Shown here piece after piece: positions 1-10,044 of a stretch of DNA of 64,000 nucleotides. Each line of letters opens with the position of its first letter. Position 1 is the first letter of the stretch. This DNA comes from a bacterium (GTDB taxonomy: Bacteria; UBA8248): NCBI GenBank assembly GCA_965203325.1, contig OZ241875.1, positions 512,001 through 576,000 on the forward strand. Reading direction: 5' to 3'. The notes beneath the pieces are model-generated. The model was not told where the DNA came from and made no database searches. It saw only the letters and a program-made list of their open reading frames with translations. Both the position numbers and the translations under genes were made by a program.

Positions 1-2
1 CA

Positions 3-794
3 ATCGAAAAACCAGTGCGCAGGCTGCTGTCAAGCGTGTTGCCGAGAGGCTTATCCGTAGGAACAGGTTGTGTGGTGGACAGCTACGGTAAGACCAGCCG
101 CCAGATGGACATCGTGTTGTACGAACGGGACATTTGTCCCGTCTACTGCGTAAACGATACACCTGAGGCGACTTACTTCCCCTGTGAGGGTGTTGTGGCG
201 GTCGGGGAAGTCAAAGCAGCGATTAACGGCCCGAAACTTGACGACTCCTTCGACAAGATCGAGTCGGTCAAGGCGCTGAGGAGACACTGGGACGAGTTCC
301 AACCGACTGTGCCTCGGGAAAAGAATTACCGGAACTATGGTATTGGGGCGACCATTGCAGGAATTAAATCAGCGAACGAAAACGAGGAGCGGGAGCAAAA
401 TGAAATATTCGGGTTCGTGCTCACTGGCACATCGAAGCTGACGCCAGAAAGCCTCGTCAAAAGGTATGAGAACCGGGCTAAAACGAACGGAGCCTGGTCA
501 TGCCCGAACGTGCTGGCAACGATGGACGGCACGTATGTGCGTCCGTTCGTCGCGGATGGAGAGGAACGTGCAATCTCCAAACGATCATTCCATACAGGCG
601 ACCGTGTCGGGTGCTATGAAGGAACGGCGAGTTTCAACTATTTAATTGACGAGCTCTACGAAGCTTACCGGTACGGACATACAGCCCCACTGACAGCCTT
701 TCGGCGGTATTTGGTAACACGAGAAGATAGCCAGCCAAGGACCATGCGAGCGCATGGAGTCATGCGAAGCCCCCTAGAAGGAGAACATGGGTGA
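3..794 (+). CDS. DUF6602-like protein (PD-(D/E)xK-like), 5'-truncated by the window edge
   Basis: Frame is open from base 3; motif SRQMDIVLYE...FPCEGVVAVGEVK resembles DUF6602. Confidence 0.65.
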   Translation: MEKPVRRLLSSVLPRGLSVGTGCVVDSYGKTSRQMDIVLYERDICPVYCVNDTPEATYFPCEGVVAVGEVKAAINGPKLDDSFDKIESVKALRRHWDEFQPTVPREKNYRNYGIGATIAGIKSANENEEREQNEIFGFVLTGTSKLTPESLVKRYENRAKTNGAWSCPNVLATMDGTYVRPFVADGEERAISKRSFHTGDRVGCYEGTASFNYLIDELYEAYRYGHTAPLTAFRRYLVTREDSQPRTMRAHGVMRSPLEGEHG

Positions 795-1049
795 GCCGCC
801 AGCGTGATACGGAATGGCTTGATTGTGCGGAAATCTGTGATACCGAAAGGCGTTGAGCACAAGGAACGCAGCGGTCCGATTTGATCGAGGAACCCGGAAC
901 GAAGCCCCACGAAATCCCATTTGACCCGCACCGAGTGTAAAACGATGAAGAGCCGTTGCGCATTGTCATATTCAAGGATGAACAGCACGTCGTCCACCGG
1001 CGCCGCAACCGCTCAGCCAGCCGGACAGGCCGACACAGGGCCGTCGGTT

Positions 1050-2600
1050 TCAGTTTCCGGCTTCTGCGAACGCCTCGCGGTAAATCGTTTCGATTCGCGT
1101 CGCCTCGTCATCGGTCAGCGCGGCGAATTCCTTTTCCCGGCCCCGGCGGGAAAGGCTGCCGCCGTTGCGCCGCAGGAACCGGAACAGAAGGTCGGACAGC
1201 CTCTCCGGCATGTCGACCACCAGGTTCAGTTCCCTGCGAAATTCGTCGTAGCGCTCCAGGAAAGAGACTTCTTCCGGCAGGTCGTGCTCGACGGTCCGCT
1301 GCACGCATCCATACAGGAACTCGGTCTGCGGCGTCGCATCGAAGAACCGGTAGAAATCGTCCGTATCGTTCAAGACTTGGACGTTGCCGCTGTCCGTCGG
1401 CTCCCAGTCCACTGCCGGCAGCAGCCGCTGCGAATAGTCTTCGAGCGCGAGGCGGTAGTCGTCGACCCGCTCCAGAATGGCCGCCGATACGGGAAAGACG
1501 ACGCCGGGCGGGTTGAAACCGCGCCGGGCCAGCACATGGTGTACCAGATAGCGGTGGAGACGGCCGTTTCCGTCCTCGAAAGGGTGGATGTAGACGAAGC
1601 CGAACGCGAGGACCGACGCCGCCACGACCGGATCGAGCTGTTGGGCGGCCCCCCGGGCGAAATCGATCATGCCCTCCACGAGCCGGGCCAGACGGTCCGG
1701 CCGGGCGCTGATGTGGACCGGTATCGGCACCCCCGATTCGCGGTCCCGTTCGCCGACGAAACCGCCCTCGGCCCGCAGACCGAGGCGGACGAACCGGGCA
1801 TCGCCGATCACGATGCTTTGTAAGCGCAGCAGTTCGTCAAGATCGATCGCTTGCCCGCCGGCCTGGCCGATGGCGCGGCCCCACCGCTGGATGCGGTCGT
1901 GAGGCGGATGCTCGCCCTCGATGGCGAAGCTGGACCTGGAATCTTTCAGCAACAGGAAGGCCGCCGTGCGCGCCAGCAGATCGCGCGGGACCGCCGCAAC
2001 GGCATCCCCCGCGCGCGCGCCCAGGTCCATGGCGATGAAGCGCTCCAGCGCCTCGGTGCGGAACACCAGCGGACAGAATTCCGGCGTGCCGGGCAGGTTG
2101 TTCTTTACCCGGTGGCGCGGCGAGGTTTCCGCCTGGACGGCATATTGCAGATCCGGATCGACGACTTGCGCATAGGCACCGCGATCGGCGTTCGGCAGAT
2201 CGAGCCGCGTCCCACTCAGCCACTCATAGAGGAACCAGATACGCCTGGCGTAGGCGCCCGTCGGCTTGGCCTTGACGATGTTTTCGACGGGCGCGGGGCC
2301 GCTCGCGGCGAACAGGCGTTTCAGCACTGAGAGATGAAGCCCCTCGTGCTTCAGCGCGAAGGTGAGGTGGGCTCCTAAGCTCGCATCCGGCGCATAGCGG
2401 GGCGAGTAGATACGCCAGCCGCCATCCTCGATGCGCCTGTGTCGCTCGCCCGTGGCGCTCAATACGCGCGGCAGCGGCACGCGCAGCCCGTAGGCTTTGA
2501 TGAGCGCGGCGTATCCGGCCGGCGTGGCCCTCTCCGGGAGCCGCCGTTCCTGAAAAACGGTAACCGGGCCTGAAAAACGATTCTTTTCGGGGACGTTCAT
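1050..2600 (-). CDS. Fic family protein (long form)
   Basis: Canonical Fic motif HPFEDGNGRLHR; start taken at MNVPEKN (2600) because the ORF extension to 2702 is AT-rich and promoter-like. Confidence 0.88.
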   Translation of the reverse strand: MNVPEKNRFSGPVTVFQERRLPERATPAGYAALIKAYGLRVPLPRVLSATGERHRRIEDGGWRIYSPRYAPDASLGAHLTFALKHEGLHLSVLKRLFAASGPAPVENIVKAKPTGAYARRIWFLYEWLSGTRLDLPNADRGAYAQVVDPDLQYAVQAETSPRHRVKNNLPGTPEFCPLVFRTEALERFIAMDLGARAGDAVAAVPRDLLARTAAFLLLKDSRSSFAIEGEHPPHDRIQRWGRAIGQAGGQAIDLDELLRLQSIVIGDARFVRLGLRAEGGFVGERDRESGVPIPVHISARPDRLARLVEGMIDFARGAAQQLDPVVAASVLAFGFVYIHPFEDGNGRLHRYLVHHVLARRGFNPPGVVFPVSAAILERVDDYRLALEDYSQRLLPAVDWEPTDSGNVQVLNDTDDFYRFFDATPQTEFLYGCVQRTVEHDLPEEVSFLERYDEFRRELNLVVDMPERLSDLLFRFLRRNGGSLSRRGREKEFAALTDDEATRIETIYREAFAEAGN

Positions 2601-2933
2601 CTTAAAACGGTTCCTTGTCCGTGAAAAACGGTATTCTTCTATGAATATTGATAACACATACGGACTAAAATGAAAAACTATTATTTCTTGTGGTGAAATC
2701 ACACAGATATGTTCTGCTTGTATCGTCGCACCCCGGAAGACCCTGTCGCGCCTTGGCGACGGGCCGGGGTTCCTATCGTCCGGGATGTTTACCGATATGG
2801 TTTTGACGAGCGGTCGAGAACGGGGGTTCCGTCCGCACCAATGCGGCGCGGCGGATTGGAACCGTGCCGGGAAAAATGATAAGATAAAAATCTACGCGAG
2901 ATTCTATTTCCAGACCCACAAGGAAAACGGACG

Positions 2934-3380
2934 ATGCAAAGCGTCGAGAAACTCGCGCCGCCGGTTCTTGTTTTAGTGTCAATCGGGTTTTTATTTCTTT
3001 TCGGGTACAATGCAACGCAGCGTCCGCTGACGAACATGGAAGCGTACGTTTTCCAAATCTTCGCGCTCCTGGCGGGACTTGGAGGTTCATACGTTTTCGG
3101 TCGCCGAGCGGCCATCACCGGGCCGCATGCGCGCTCCGCATTCAGGCGGCTCGCTTCCCTGTATGGCGGCATGGGCCGCGTGGCGGACATCATCGCCGAG
3201 GGAAAGCCCGAAGACGACGCGACGAAGATGAAGATCATCGAAGCAATCGTCATGGAGCAGATAACCACGCTGGACGATGCGCTGTCGGATTGGCAGGATG
3301 TCGTTCCGGAATCGGTGGAGGAACTGCGGCAAGAACTAAGAGGGACGATTCAGGAGTCGGGAGGGCGGACGAATGGATGA
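2934..3380 (+). CDS. Hypothetical membrane protein with two N-terminal TM segments
   Basis: 148-aa ORF, AAGGA RBS, two hydrophobic helices, overlaps the next gene. Confidence 0.6.
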   Translation: MQSVEKLAPPVLVLVSIGFLFLFGYNATQRPLTNMEAYVFQIFALLAGLGGSYVFGRRAAITGPHARSAFRRLASLYGGMGRVADIIAEGKPEDDATKMKIIEAIVMEQITTLDDALSDWQDVVPESVEELRQELRGTIQESGGRTNG

Positions 3381-3801
3381 TCCGATTCGAGGGAAAGTCG
3401 CCAAGATTCTCAACGCGCGCGAAGTCGCCATCAACCTGGGCAGCGCGCAAGGGGTGCGCCCCGGCATGTATTTCGACGTCGTAGCACGGTATGAGGACAT
3501 CGTGGACCCCGATACGAGGGAATCCCTGGGCGCCATCGAGCGCCCGAAAACCAGGGTGAAAATCACCTGGGTGCAGGAAAAGCTGTCCCTGGCTTCCACC
3601 TATAAAAGCCGGGAAGTCGCCGTCGGCGGGATGCCCCTGGGGGAATTCTCCAGAGCGCTGATGCCGCCCAAGTGGTTGAAAAAATACGAGACCCTCACGG
3701 CGGAGGAAACCGCCGAGCCTCTCGATGAGAAGGAAAGCCTCGTGAAGGTGGGCGACGCCGTCGTCCAGGTCGTCCCGGTCGCCGCAGAAGAGCGCGTATA
3801 A
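3373..3801 (+). CDS. Hypothetical protein with FlgT C-terminal-like beta domain
   Basis: GKVAKIL...VAINLGSAQGVRPGMYFDV and VKVGDAV motifs; GGAGG RBS. Confidence 0.6.
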   Translation: MDDPIRGKVAKILNAREVAINLGSAQGVRPGMYFDVVARYEDIVDPDTRESLGAIERPKTRVKITWVQEKLSLASTYKSREVAVGGMPLGEFSRALMPPKWLKKYETLTAEETAEPLDEKESLVKVGDAVVQVVPVAAEERV

Positions 3802-3862
3802 CCGAGGCGAACGAGGTGTCGGGCCGGGAGTGCGGCCCCTCCGGGTCAAACCCTCCCGAAAA

Positions 3863-4070
3863 GGAGTTGTTGCAAAAGCCCCTTCGCCCCGAGCAGCGGC
3901 CCCGCTCGCCTCCTCGCCTTGAAAACCAACCCCCCCTACCCCCCCTTGTCAGGGGGGCAAGAAAAAACAAAAGCCCCTCTGCCGGCGGCGGGCGCCGCCT
4001 TTTCATACCCCCCTGACAAGGGGGGGTAGGGGGGGTTGCTCCTTTGACAAAGGCTTTTTCAACAACCTCT
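3863..4070. repeat. Intergenic palindromic mosaic (family A arms, A1 core, GTTG-AAAA type ends)
   Basis: AACCCCCCCTACCCCCCCTTGTCAGGGG near 3927 and its reverse complement near 4009-4038; ends GTTGTTGCAAAA and TTTTTCAACAAC. Confidence 0.85.
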
Positions 4071-4076
4071 TGAGGC

Positions 4077-5381
4077 CTAGTCGACCGCGTCCTCGCCCCG
4101 GGCGTGGGCCAGTTCGCGCGCGCTCGGGTTGACCGACGGGCGGAAGGGGACCTCGCAGACCTCCGCGCGGTCGGGCCGGCCCGGCTCGCCGGCGTACTCG
4201 TCCGGCAGCCAGACCAAAAGCTCGGTCCCGACCGCCGACTTGCCGATCGGCACGTAGCCCAGCGCGATGTTGCACCCCAGTTCCGGGGCGTGCCACGGCG
4301 AAGTCAGGTAGCCGATAGGGTCACCTCCATCGGCGTCCGAGACCAGCCAGAAGTCGGGCGCGTAGTCGTCGATCGGCTTGCCGCCCAGCTTCACCCCCAC
4401 CATCACCATCGAGAACGGCGGACGCCCCGCTTCGATCTCGGCCCGCATCCGCTCAAGCGCCGCCCGGCCGATGTAGTCGCCCCGCTTTTTGCGCGGCACC
4501 TGGTAGGCCAGGTTGCACTGAAAGGGCACCGTCTCGTGGTCGATGTCCTGCCCCCAGGAGAGGATGCCGGCCTGGATGCGGCGCTGGTGGCCGGGGGCGG
4601 TGACCATGAGCCGGTGCGGCTCGCCCGCCTCAATCACCGCGCGCCAGAGCTTCTCGGCGTGCAGGGTGGCGTCGCGCAGGTAGATCTCATAACCCTTCTC
4701 TCCCGAGAAGCCGGATTGGGTGACGACCACCGGGCAGCCCCCGACCTCGGCTTCCAGGACCCCGTAGTAGGGGATGTCCCGGACGCCTTCGCCCACCAGA
4801 TCGACCATCAGCGCGAGCGACTTCGGGCCCTGGATCTGCAGCGGGCAGACGTCGATCTCGTTGATCTCCACGTCCATCCGCTTCCCGACGTTGACGCCCT
4901 GGAGCCAGTAGAGCAGGTCGGAGTCCGCCAGCGAGAACCAGAATTCCTCCCCGGCCAGGCGCAGCAGGACCGGGTCGTTCAGAATCCCGCCCTTCTCGTT
5001 GCAGAGGATGACGTACTTCGCCTGCATCGGCCGGATGCGGGTCGCGTCGCGCGTGATGACGTAGTCGACGAACCGCTCCGCGTCCGGCCCCTTCACTTGA
5101 ATCTGCCGCTCGACCGCGACGTTCCAAACCGTCACGTGGCTCGTCAGCGCCTCGTGCTCGACGGCGGCGCCGCCGTCTTCGGGCCTGACGTAGCCGCGCG
5201 GATGATAGACGCGGTTGTAGACCGTGGCCCGCCAGCAGCCCGCCTCGTGGGACAGGTGCCAGTAGGGCGACTTCCGCACCCGCGTGGAGATGAGCATTTC
5301 CACGGGCGTCCGGCCGCTCTGGCGCAGGTTGACGGGAACGATGCGGTCGGACTGGTCGACACTTTGCGGCTGGCCGTTCAT
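4077..5381 (-). CDS. GcvT-family aminomethyltransferase / THF-dependent demethylase (DmdA-like fold)
   Basis: WNVAVERQI, GGILNDPVLLRL, QIQGPKS, SGFSGEKGYEIY, RRIQAGILSWGQD motifs; GGAGG RBS before ATG 5381. Confidence 0.85.
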   Translation of the reverse strand: MNGQPQSVDQSDRIVPVNLRQSGRTPVEMLISTRVRKSPYWHLSHEAGCWRATVYNRVYHPRGYVRPEDGGAAVEHEALTSHVTVWNVAVERQIQVKGPDAERFVDYVITRDATRIRPMQAKYVILCNEKGGILNDPVLLRLAGEEFWFSLADSDLLYWLQGVNVGKRMDVEINEIDVCPLQIQGPKSLALMVDLVGEGVRDIPYYGVLEAEVGGCPVVVTQSGFSGEKGYEIYLRDATLHAEKLWRAVIEAGEPHRLMVTAPGHQRRIQAGILSWGQDIDHETVPFQCNLAYQVPRKKRGDYIGRAALERMRAEIEAGRPPFSMVMVGVKLGGKPIDDYAPDFWLVSDADGGDPIGYLTSPWHAPELGCNIALGYVPIGKSAVGTELLVWLPDEYAGEPGRPDRAEVCEVPFRPSVNPSARELAHARGEDAVD

Positions 5382-5513
5382 GGCTCCTCCTGCTCCGCCG
5401 CGCTTCACGGCTTCCCGGCGCGGCTGCGGTGCGCGAGCGCCTCTGAATGCCCAAGTGGCGGCTGTTGAAATAGCTCCGTGGAGCGATTTTGGTTGAGCGC
5501 ACGCTTTTGAAAT

Positions 5514-5806
5514 TCACTCCCCCCTTGAGGGGGTTGTTGAAAAAGTCCCGATGAACGAGGGTTGCAGGTTTTGTAGGGATAGGTCGCGACCTGTCCCTAC
5601 TACGGATACCTCGCTCCAAAACCAACCCCCCATACCCCCCCCTTGTCAGGGGGGTATGAAGAGGCGCCGCCCGCTGCCGGTAGAGGGGCTTTTGTTTTTC
5701 TTGCCCCCTGACAAGGGGGTCTTTCTTTTTTTACCCCCCTGACAAGGGGGGGTAGGGGGGGTTGCCTTTATCCCCTGAGGAGGGACGGCTCTTTCAAAAG
5801 CCCCTC
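5514..5806. repeat. Intergenic palindromic mosaic (family B half, GTAG-REP, family A arms with A1 core)
   Basis: CACTCCCCCCTTGAGGGG, GTTGTTGAAAAA, GTAGGGATAGGTCGCGACCTGTCCCTAC, then C-tract and G-tract arms. Confidence 0.85.
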
Positions 5807-5997
5807 CTGGCTCGCGAAACTTGTAAACAGGGCGAATTATATGCCATATATGCCATGATTCAAGGCTGACCTTCCGGTCGGGGCGTGATGCGGACGCCGA
5901 CCCCGCTCACGGGGGCGAGACCGGAAACCGGCGCTCCCGGCTCCGGGGCCGGGCGCCTCGCGGGCCGTGACCGCCATGCATACCTGGGAGATCCATC

Positions 5998-8550
5998 CTG
6001 AAAGACGCCATCACCAATCCAGCCGAGAGCGCTTCGCCGACGCCTGCGCGGGCGACGATTGCCGTGATCGGCGCCGGCATCGTCGGGAACTGCCTGGTGG
6101 GGCATCTGGCGGAGCTGGGGTGGGACGACCTGGTGCTGATCGAAAAGGGGCCCCTGCCCAACCCCGGCGGTTCGACCGGCCACGCCTCGAACTTCATCTT
6201 CCCCACCGATCACGACCGCGAAATCACGCTGCTGACGCTGGAGAGCCAGCGCCAGTACGCCGCGCTCGGCGTCAACACCACGTGCGGCGGCATCGAAGTG
6301 GCTCGCACGGAAGCGCGCATGGAAGAGTTGCGCCGGCGGATGACCTCGGCGCTGTGCCGGGGCATCGAGGCCGAGCTGCTCGATCCCGCCGGGGTGGTCG
6401 CCAGGGTGCCGTTCGTGAACGGCGACGTGATCCTGGGCGGCTTCTACACGCCGAGCGTATCGGTGGTCGACCCGGTCCGGGCGGGCGCCATCATGCGCGA
6501 GCGGGCGCAGGCCAAAGGAGCCCTGACCGTGCTGGATAACACCGAGGTCACCGGGCTTGAGGTGTCGCGCCCGGCGTTCGGCCGTCCGCGGGTCCGGGCC
6601 GTGGCGACGACGCGCGGGGAGATAGAGGTGGAGCAGGTGGTGATCGCGTGCGGCGTCTGGAGCCCGCGGGTCGCCGCGCTCGCCGGAGCGACCATCCCGC
6701 TTACCCCGGCGGTGCACCAGATGGTCGACATGGGCTCGATCGACCTGCTGCAAAAAACGGGAAACGAGATCGCCTACCCGATCATCCGCGACATGGACAC
6801 CTTCATGTACGAGCGGCAGAGTCACGAGGCGATGGAGATCGGCTCGTACGCCCATCGCCCCATCCTGGTGCGGCCCGACGACATCCCATCCAATACCGAG
6901 GCGGAGCGGACGCCCACCGAGCTGCCCTTCACCGGCGACGACTTCGCTCCGCAGCTCGAGCACGCCCGGGCGATCATGGGCGAATTGCTCGCCGGTTCCG
7001 AGATGCAGTATTCGGTGAACGGACTGCTCTCGCTGACCCCGGATGCGCGGCAGGTGCTGGGCGAGACCGCCGAGGTGGAGAAGCTCTGGTCGGCGGCCGC
7101 CGTCTGGATCAAGGAGGGCCCCGGCACCGCGCGCCTGATCGCCGAGTGGATCACCCACGGCTATCCGCGCCTGTGCGATCCGCACGGCTCGGACATCACG
7201 CGGTTCTACCCGCACGAGCGGACCGAGCAGCACATCCGGCAGCGATGCCGCGAGCACTTCAACAAGACGTACGGAATCGTGCATCCGCGCGAGCAGTGGG
7301 AGTCCGAGCGCGGGGTGCACCGGGCGCCGTTCCACGACCGCACAGCGGACCTGGGCGCCGAATTCTTCGAAGCGCACGGCTGGGAGCGGCCCCAGTGGTA
7401 CGCGTCGAACGAGGATTTGGTCGCCCGCTACGGCGTTTCGGACCGCCCGCACGAATGGGACCGCCGCTGGTGGTCGCCGATCATCAACGCGGAGCACCTC
7501 CACATGCGGGAGAAGGCCGGGATCGTGGACTTGAGCGCCTTCCAGATCTTCGACGTCACAGGGCTCGGCGTCGTGCCCTACCTGGAGCGGCTGACGGTCA
7601 ACCCCTGCGACCGCCCGGTGGGTTCTTCGATCTACACCCCGCTGCTGACGCCGGAGGGCGGGATTCGCGCCGACCTCACCATACAGAGGCTGGCGCACGA
7701 CCGGTTCCGGGTCGTGACCGGCGTCTTCGACGGCGCGCGCGACGAGGTCTGGTTCCGCCGCCATCTGCCCGGGGACGGCTCGGTCCAGTTCGAGAACCTC
7801 TCCTCAGCGCTCTGCACCATCGGGGTTTGGGGACCGGACGCCCGCGCGCTGCTCTCAGATATTGCCGACGCCCCGCTGACACAGGAGGCGTTTCCCTACG
7901 GGACGACGCAGGAGGTGATCATCGACGGCGTTCCGGCGACGATGCTGCGCATTTCCTACGTGGGCGAGAGCGGATGGGAGATCTACGCGCGGGCATCGCA
8001 CGGCGCGCGCCTGTGGGACGCGATCCGGGAGGCGGGCCGCGCCTTCGACGCCCGGCCCGTCGGCATCGGCGTCTACGGCGCCACGGGACGCCTCGAGAAG
8101 GGATACGCGCTCATGGGCGCCGATCTCACGTCGGAGTACTCGCCGGTGGAGGCGGGCCTGGCGCGGCCCCGCGTGAAGGCCGCGGAATTCATCGGGAAAG
8201 AAGCCTACCTGAAAGCGCGCGACAATGGTCCGGCGGCGAAGCTGTGTACGCTGACGGTGGACAACCACGTCGGCGAATCCGGGATGCTGCGTTTCCCCGC
8301 CGGCAGCAGCGAACCGATCCTGACGCTTGAGGGCGAGCGCCTCGTCGACGCCAAAGGAAGAGAGTCCTTCGTCACCTCGGCCGGCGCGGGACCCTCCCTC
8401 GGCAAATACCTCCTGCTCGCCTATCTGCCGATCGAACAGACGGCACCCGGCAACAAGCTGCAGGTGCAATACATGAACGAGCGCTTCCCGGTGAGCGTGG
8501 CTCCGCACTCGGCGATGTTCGACCCCGAGAACGCCCGCATGAAAGCATAG
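5998..8550 (+). CDS. Dimethylglycine oxidase/dehydrogenase-like flavoprotein (FAD domain + GcvT domain)
   Basis: GAGIVG FAD motif, GGSTGHA covalent-flavin His motif, GWERPQW, RISYVGESGWEIY, RLEKGY; start uncertain (CTG 5998 after GGAG, or GTG 6064). Confidence 0.88.
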   Translation: MKDAITNPAESASPTPARATIAVIGAGIVGNCLVGHLAELGWDDLVLIEKGPLPNPGGSTGHASNFIFPTDHDREITLLTLESQRQYAALGVNTTCGGIEVARTEARMEELRRRMTSALCRGIEAELLDPAGVVARVPFVNGDVILGGFYTPSVSVVDPVRAGAIMRERAQAKGALTVLDNTEVTGLEVSRPAFGRPRVRAVATTRGEIEVEQVVIACGVWSPRVAALAGATIPLTPAVHQMVDMGSIDLLQKTGNEIAYPIIRDMDTFMYERQSHEAMEIGSYAHRPILVRPDDIPSNTEAERTPTELPFTGDDFAPQLEHARAIMGELLAGSEMQYSVNGLLSLTPDARQVLGETAEVEKLWSAAAVWIKEGPGTARLIAEWITHGYPRLCDPHGSDITRFYPHERTEQHIRQRCREHFNKTYGIVHPREQWESERGVHRAPFHDRTADLGAEFFEAHGWERPQWYASNEDLVARYGVSDRPHEWDRRWWSPIINAEHLHMREKAGIVDLSAFQIFDVTGLGVVPYLERLTVNPCDRPVGSSIYTPLLTPEGGIRADLTIQRLAHDRFRVVTGVFDGARDEVWFRRHLPGDGSVQFENLSSALCTIGVWGPDARALLSDIADAPLTQEAFPYGTTQEVIIDGVPATMLRISYVGESGWEIYARASHGARLWDAIREAGRAFDARPVGIGVYGATGRLEKGYALMGADLTSEYSPVEAGLARPRVKAAEFIGKEAYLKARDNGPAAKLCTLTVDNHVGESGMLRFPAGSSEPILTLEGERLVDAKGRESFVTSAGAGPSLGKYLLLAYLPIEQTAPGNKLQVQYMNERFPVSVAPHSAMFDPENARMKA

Positions 8551-8587
8551 CCGGGGGAAATACCGGACGGCCGGGCTATTGCATTGA

Positions 8588-8628
8588 CCTCATCCTGAGT
8601 AGGCGCGCAAGCGCCGTATCGAAGGATG
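8588..8628. repeat. REP-like element, family C (single arm)
   Basis: CCTCATCCTGAGTAGGCGCGCAAGCGCCGTATCGAAGGA, near-identical to the arm at 26092. Confidence 0.7.
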
Positions 8629-8642
8629 GGAAACGCAAACGC

Positions 8643-9995
8643 TCATTCATCAGTCGCATTTGCCTCCCCCACCGCATTGTCGAACACCACCACCGGATCA
8701 AAGTCCGCGATATCCACCCGGGGCAATGAAACGCCCGCGTAGGCACCCGCCGCAAGGAACTTCTCGAGCAGGTCCGCATCGCTCAGCGGCCTCTCCGGCA
8801 TCCCGCGCGCCACCCCGCAAAAGCCGGTTGCGGAGCGGCCGTCGCCGAGCGTCAGCGTGAGGCGAATGCACTCGGGGTATTTCGCGCGCATGGCGTCGGT
8901 GGAAAGGTCTGGGGCGCGCTTCATACTCACCCGCGCCATGAGGGCGGACTTCTCGGGGCCGATGGCGTCGGGCACCAGATCCTCGAAGCGCACCCGCCCG
9001 TGGACCGCGGCGCAGGCCAGGGCGTAAGGCAGGCTGAACTGCATCTCCTGCGGCGTGGCCGGGTCTGGAAAGACGAGACTCTCATAAACGAGCTTCGGCA
9101 CTTCGGCATGAACACCTGCGACCTCGTTCACGCTTGCGCCGAGTTCGGCCATGAGCGCGTTCATCTGCTCGATGGCCGCGAGCGCCGCCGAGCAGACAGG
9201 GCTTGTCTTGAACAAAAGGCCCGGCTCGCACAGGCGCCAGCGCTTTCCGATGGTTTCGAGTTCGGCTTCGAGGACCTCACCCCGGTTCAGCAGCTTCAGG
9301 TAGCCTCGCTCATTCTCGAACGCGTCTTCCGGCCCGGTAAGCCCGGCCCCGGCCGCCCGGGCGAACGTAACGGCCCGCCGCGCGGCCTCGCCGACCAGGA
9401 GGGGCTTGGCGTCCGTGCCGAGCACCGCCTTCCCACCGCCTGAAGCGGCTGCCGCCAGGCCGATAGCGCTCGTCATCGCGTCCTCATCGAGCCCGAGCAG
9501 GCATCCTGCGGCAACTGTCGCGCCCGTGAGGCCGAAAGTGGCCGTGCTCCACCAGCCGTCGAAATAGTGCGCATGCGTGCATATATCGGCGAGAACGTAC
9601 GCCACCTCCGAACCCGCGACGAAGGCGCGGCGAAGCGCGTCGGCATCAGAACCTGCTTCCTGCGCCAGGGCCATGGCGGCGGGCAGCACCACCGCCGAGC
9701 CGTGCATGATGCCCGTGTAGGAGGTATCGTCGAAGTCCCAGACGTGCGCCGCCGTTCCGTTCACCAGCGCAGCGGCTTCGGCGTCCGCCCGCCCGCCCGT
9801 CGCGAGCGTCGCCTTCCCCTCCCCGCGCAAAGTGGCCTGAGCCAGAGCGCGCACCGATGGATGTGCGCCCCCCGCGAGCATGACGCCCATGGTGTCGAGA
9901 ATGGCCCTGTCCGCAACTTTATTGACGTCTGAGTCGATGCGTTCCAGACCACAGGCGAACGCCGCGAATTGTCTGGCGATTGTCTGTGTACTCAT
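8643..9995 (-). CDS. MmgE/PrpD family protein
   Basis: AALVNGTAAHVWDFDDT, HGSAVVLPA, QFSLPYALA, GMPERPLS motifs. Confidence 0.88.
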   Translation of the reverse strand: MSTQTIARQFAAFACGLERIDSDVNKVADRAILDTMGVMLAGGAHPSVRALAQATLRGEGKATLATGGRADAEAAALVNGTAAHVWDFDDTSYTGIMHGSAVVLPAAMALAQEAGSDADALRRAFVAGSEVAYVLADICTHAHYFDGWWSTATFGLTGATVAAGCLLGLDEDAMTSAIGLAAAASGGGKAVLGTDAKPLLVGEAARRAVTFARAAGAGLTGPEDAFENERGYLKLLNRGEVLEAELETIGKRWRLCEPGLLFKTSPVCSAALAAIEQMNALMAELGASVNEVAGVHAEVPKLVYESLVFPDPATPQEMQFSLPYALACAAVHGRVRFEDLVPDAIGPEKSALMARVSMKRAPDLSTDAMRAKYPECIRLTLTLGDGRSATGFCGVARGMPERPLSDADLLEKFLAAGAYAGVSLPRVDIADFDPVVVFDNAVGEANATDE

Positions 9996-10044
9996 GTGGC
10001 GGCGGCGCTGTTCCGGGGCGGGGGCAGATGCCCCTTCAACCACC

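Noticed and set aside
5860..7764. Long antisense and alternate-frame ORFs (for example 5860-7764, 19307-21088, 39314-41002, 41272-43233, 45261-46481)
   Set aside because: Shadow ORFs expected in high-GC coding DNA; they overlap well-supported genes and have no recognisable motifs.
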